64,000 nucleotides of DNA from Phoronis australis (taxonomy: Eukaryota > Animalia > Phoronida), in NCBI GenBank assembly GCA_002633005.1, contig NMRA01000240.1:364021-428020 (forward strand), read 5' to 3'. Position numbers and translations under genes: made by a program. This document shows positions 63,246 through 64,000 of this stretch, one piece after another. Position 1 is the stretch's first letter; each line of letters opens with the position of its first letter. The notes beneath the pieces are model-generated. The model was not told the DNA's origin. It saw only the letters and a program-made list of their open reading frames with translations, and made no database searches.

Positions 63246-63505
63246 GTGTGTGTGTGTGTGCACAGTGAAACATTACTTTCTACTCACTAAATGTTAAGTA
63301 CATTATTATAGTTCTTCAGTCACATGCACAAGATACATGATTAGATAAGTATTCTTAAATTGCCATTGGACAGATTGATGTAAATGCATTAGGCATTTCA
63401 TTCTGAAATGATGAACTGGCACTACTAATGAAACTTAAGCAGTTCTGTGACTCATGATCAAATTTCAAAGGAGAATGGAGAGCCTGGGGATTGCTTGACG
63501 GTAAA

Positions 63506-63890
63506 AATGTTATGACAGTAAAGTCACATTGTCACCGTCCAATGTTATGATAGTAAAGTCACATTGTCACCGTCTAATGTTATGACAGTAATGTCAAATT
63601 GCCACCGTCTAATGTTATGACAGTAAAGTCACATAGTCACCATGTAATGTTATGACCGTAAAGCCGCATTGTCATCGTCTAATGTTATGACAGTAAAGTC
63701 ACATTGTCACCATCTAATGTTATGACAGTAAAGTCACATTGTCACTGTCTAATGTTAAGACAGTAAAGTCACGTTGTCACTGTCTAATGTTATGTCAGTA
63801 AAGTCAAATTCCCACCATCTAATGTTATGACAGTAAAGTCACATTGTCACTGTCTAATGTTATGACAGCAAAGTAATATTGTCACTGTCT
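63506..63890. repeat. 35-bp minisatellite, ~11 copies
   Basis: Unit AATGTTATGACAGTAAAGTCACATTGTCAC(C/T)GTCT. Confidence 0.96.
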
Positions 63891-64000
63891 ATTGCTCATA
63901 GTTCACTCGCTTAATACATTCCAGTTCTACATTATTCCATTAAGTCCCTTGTATTGTATAAGTTGATTTAGTCACGGGGAACTTTAGCAACAGAAAATGT

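Overview
AT-rich, repeat-dense animal (invertebrate-type) genomic DNA from a draft assembly with six single-N joins (7500, 10916, 20253, 27091, 30987, 43954). It is not prokaryotic, so almost all ORFs in the supplied track are spurious and the real genes are spliced. Two host genes lie head-to-head: a complete 4-exon RPP21 (RNase P p21, minus strand, 36872-42646, 121 aa) and the 5' part of a DCDC2-like tandem-doublecortin gene (plus strand, 45599 to beyond 63245; 8 coding exons read in phase plus candidate micro-exons). The first 35 kb is mostly decayed mobile DNA: a LINE RT split by a 645-bp solo LTR, two degenerate Gypsy elements, THAP remnants and MITEs. It also holds an 8.9-kb Academ-type element (TAG...CTA ends, TTA duplication, ~1-kb satellite-like inverted arms) with a MITE, a DIRS/Ngaro-like remnant and a THAP element nested inside it. 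A possible 59-aa single-pass membrane microprotein gene lies at 11.8 kb. I found no convincing evidence of a wholly new biological system. The best leads are the nested Academ element, the microprotein, the DCDC2 micro-exons and shared promoter, and a TGTCA core shared by unrelated minisatellites.
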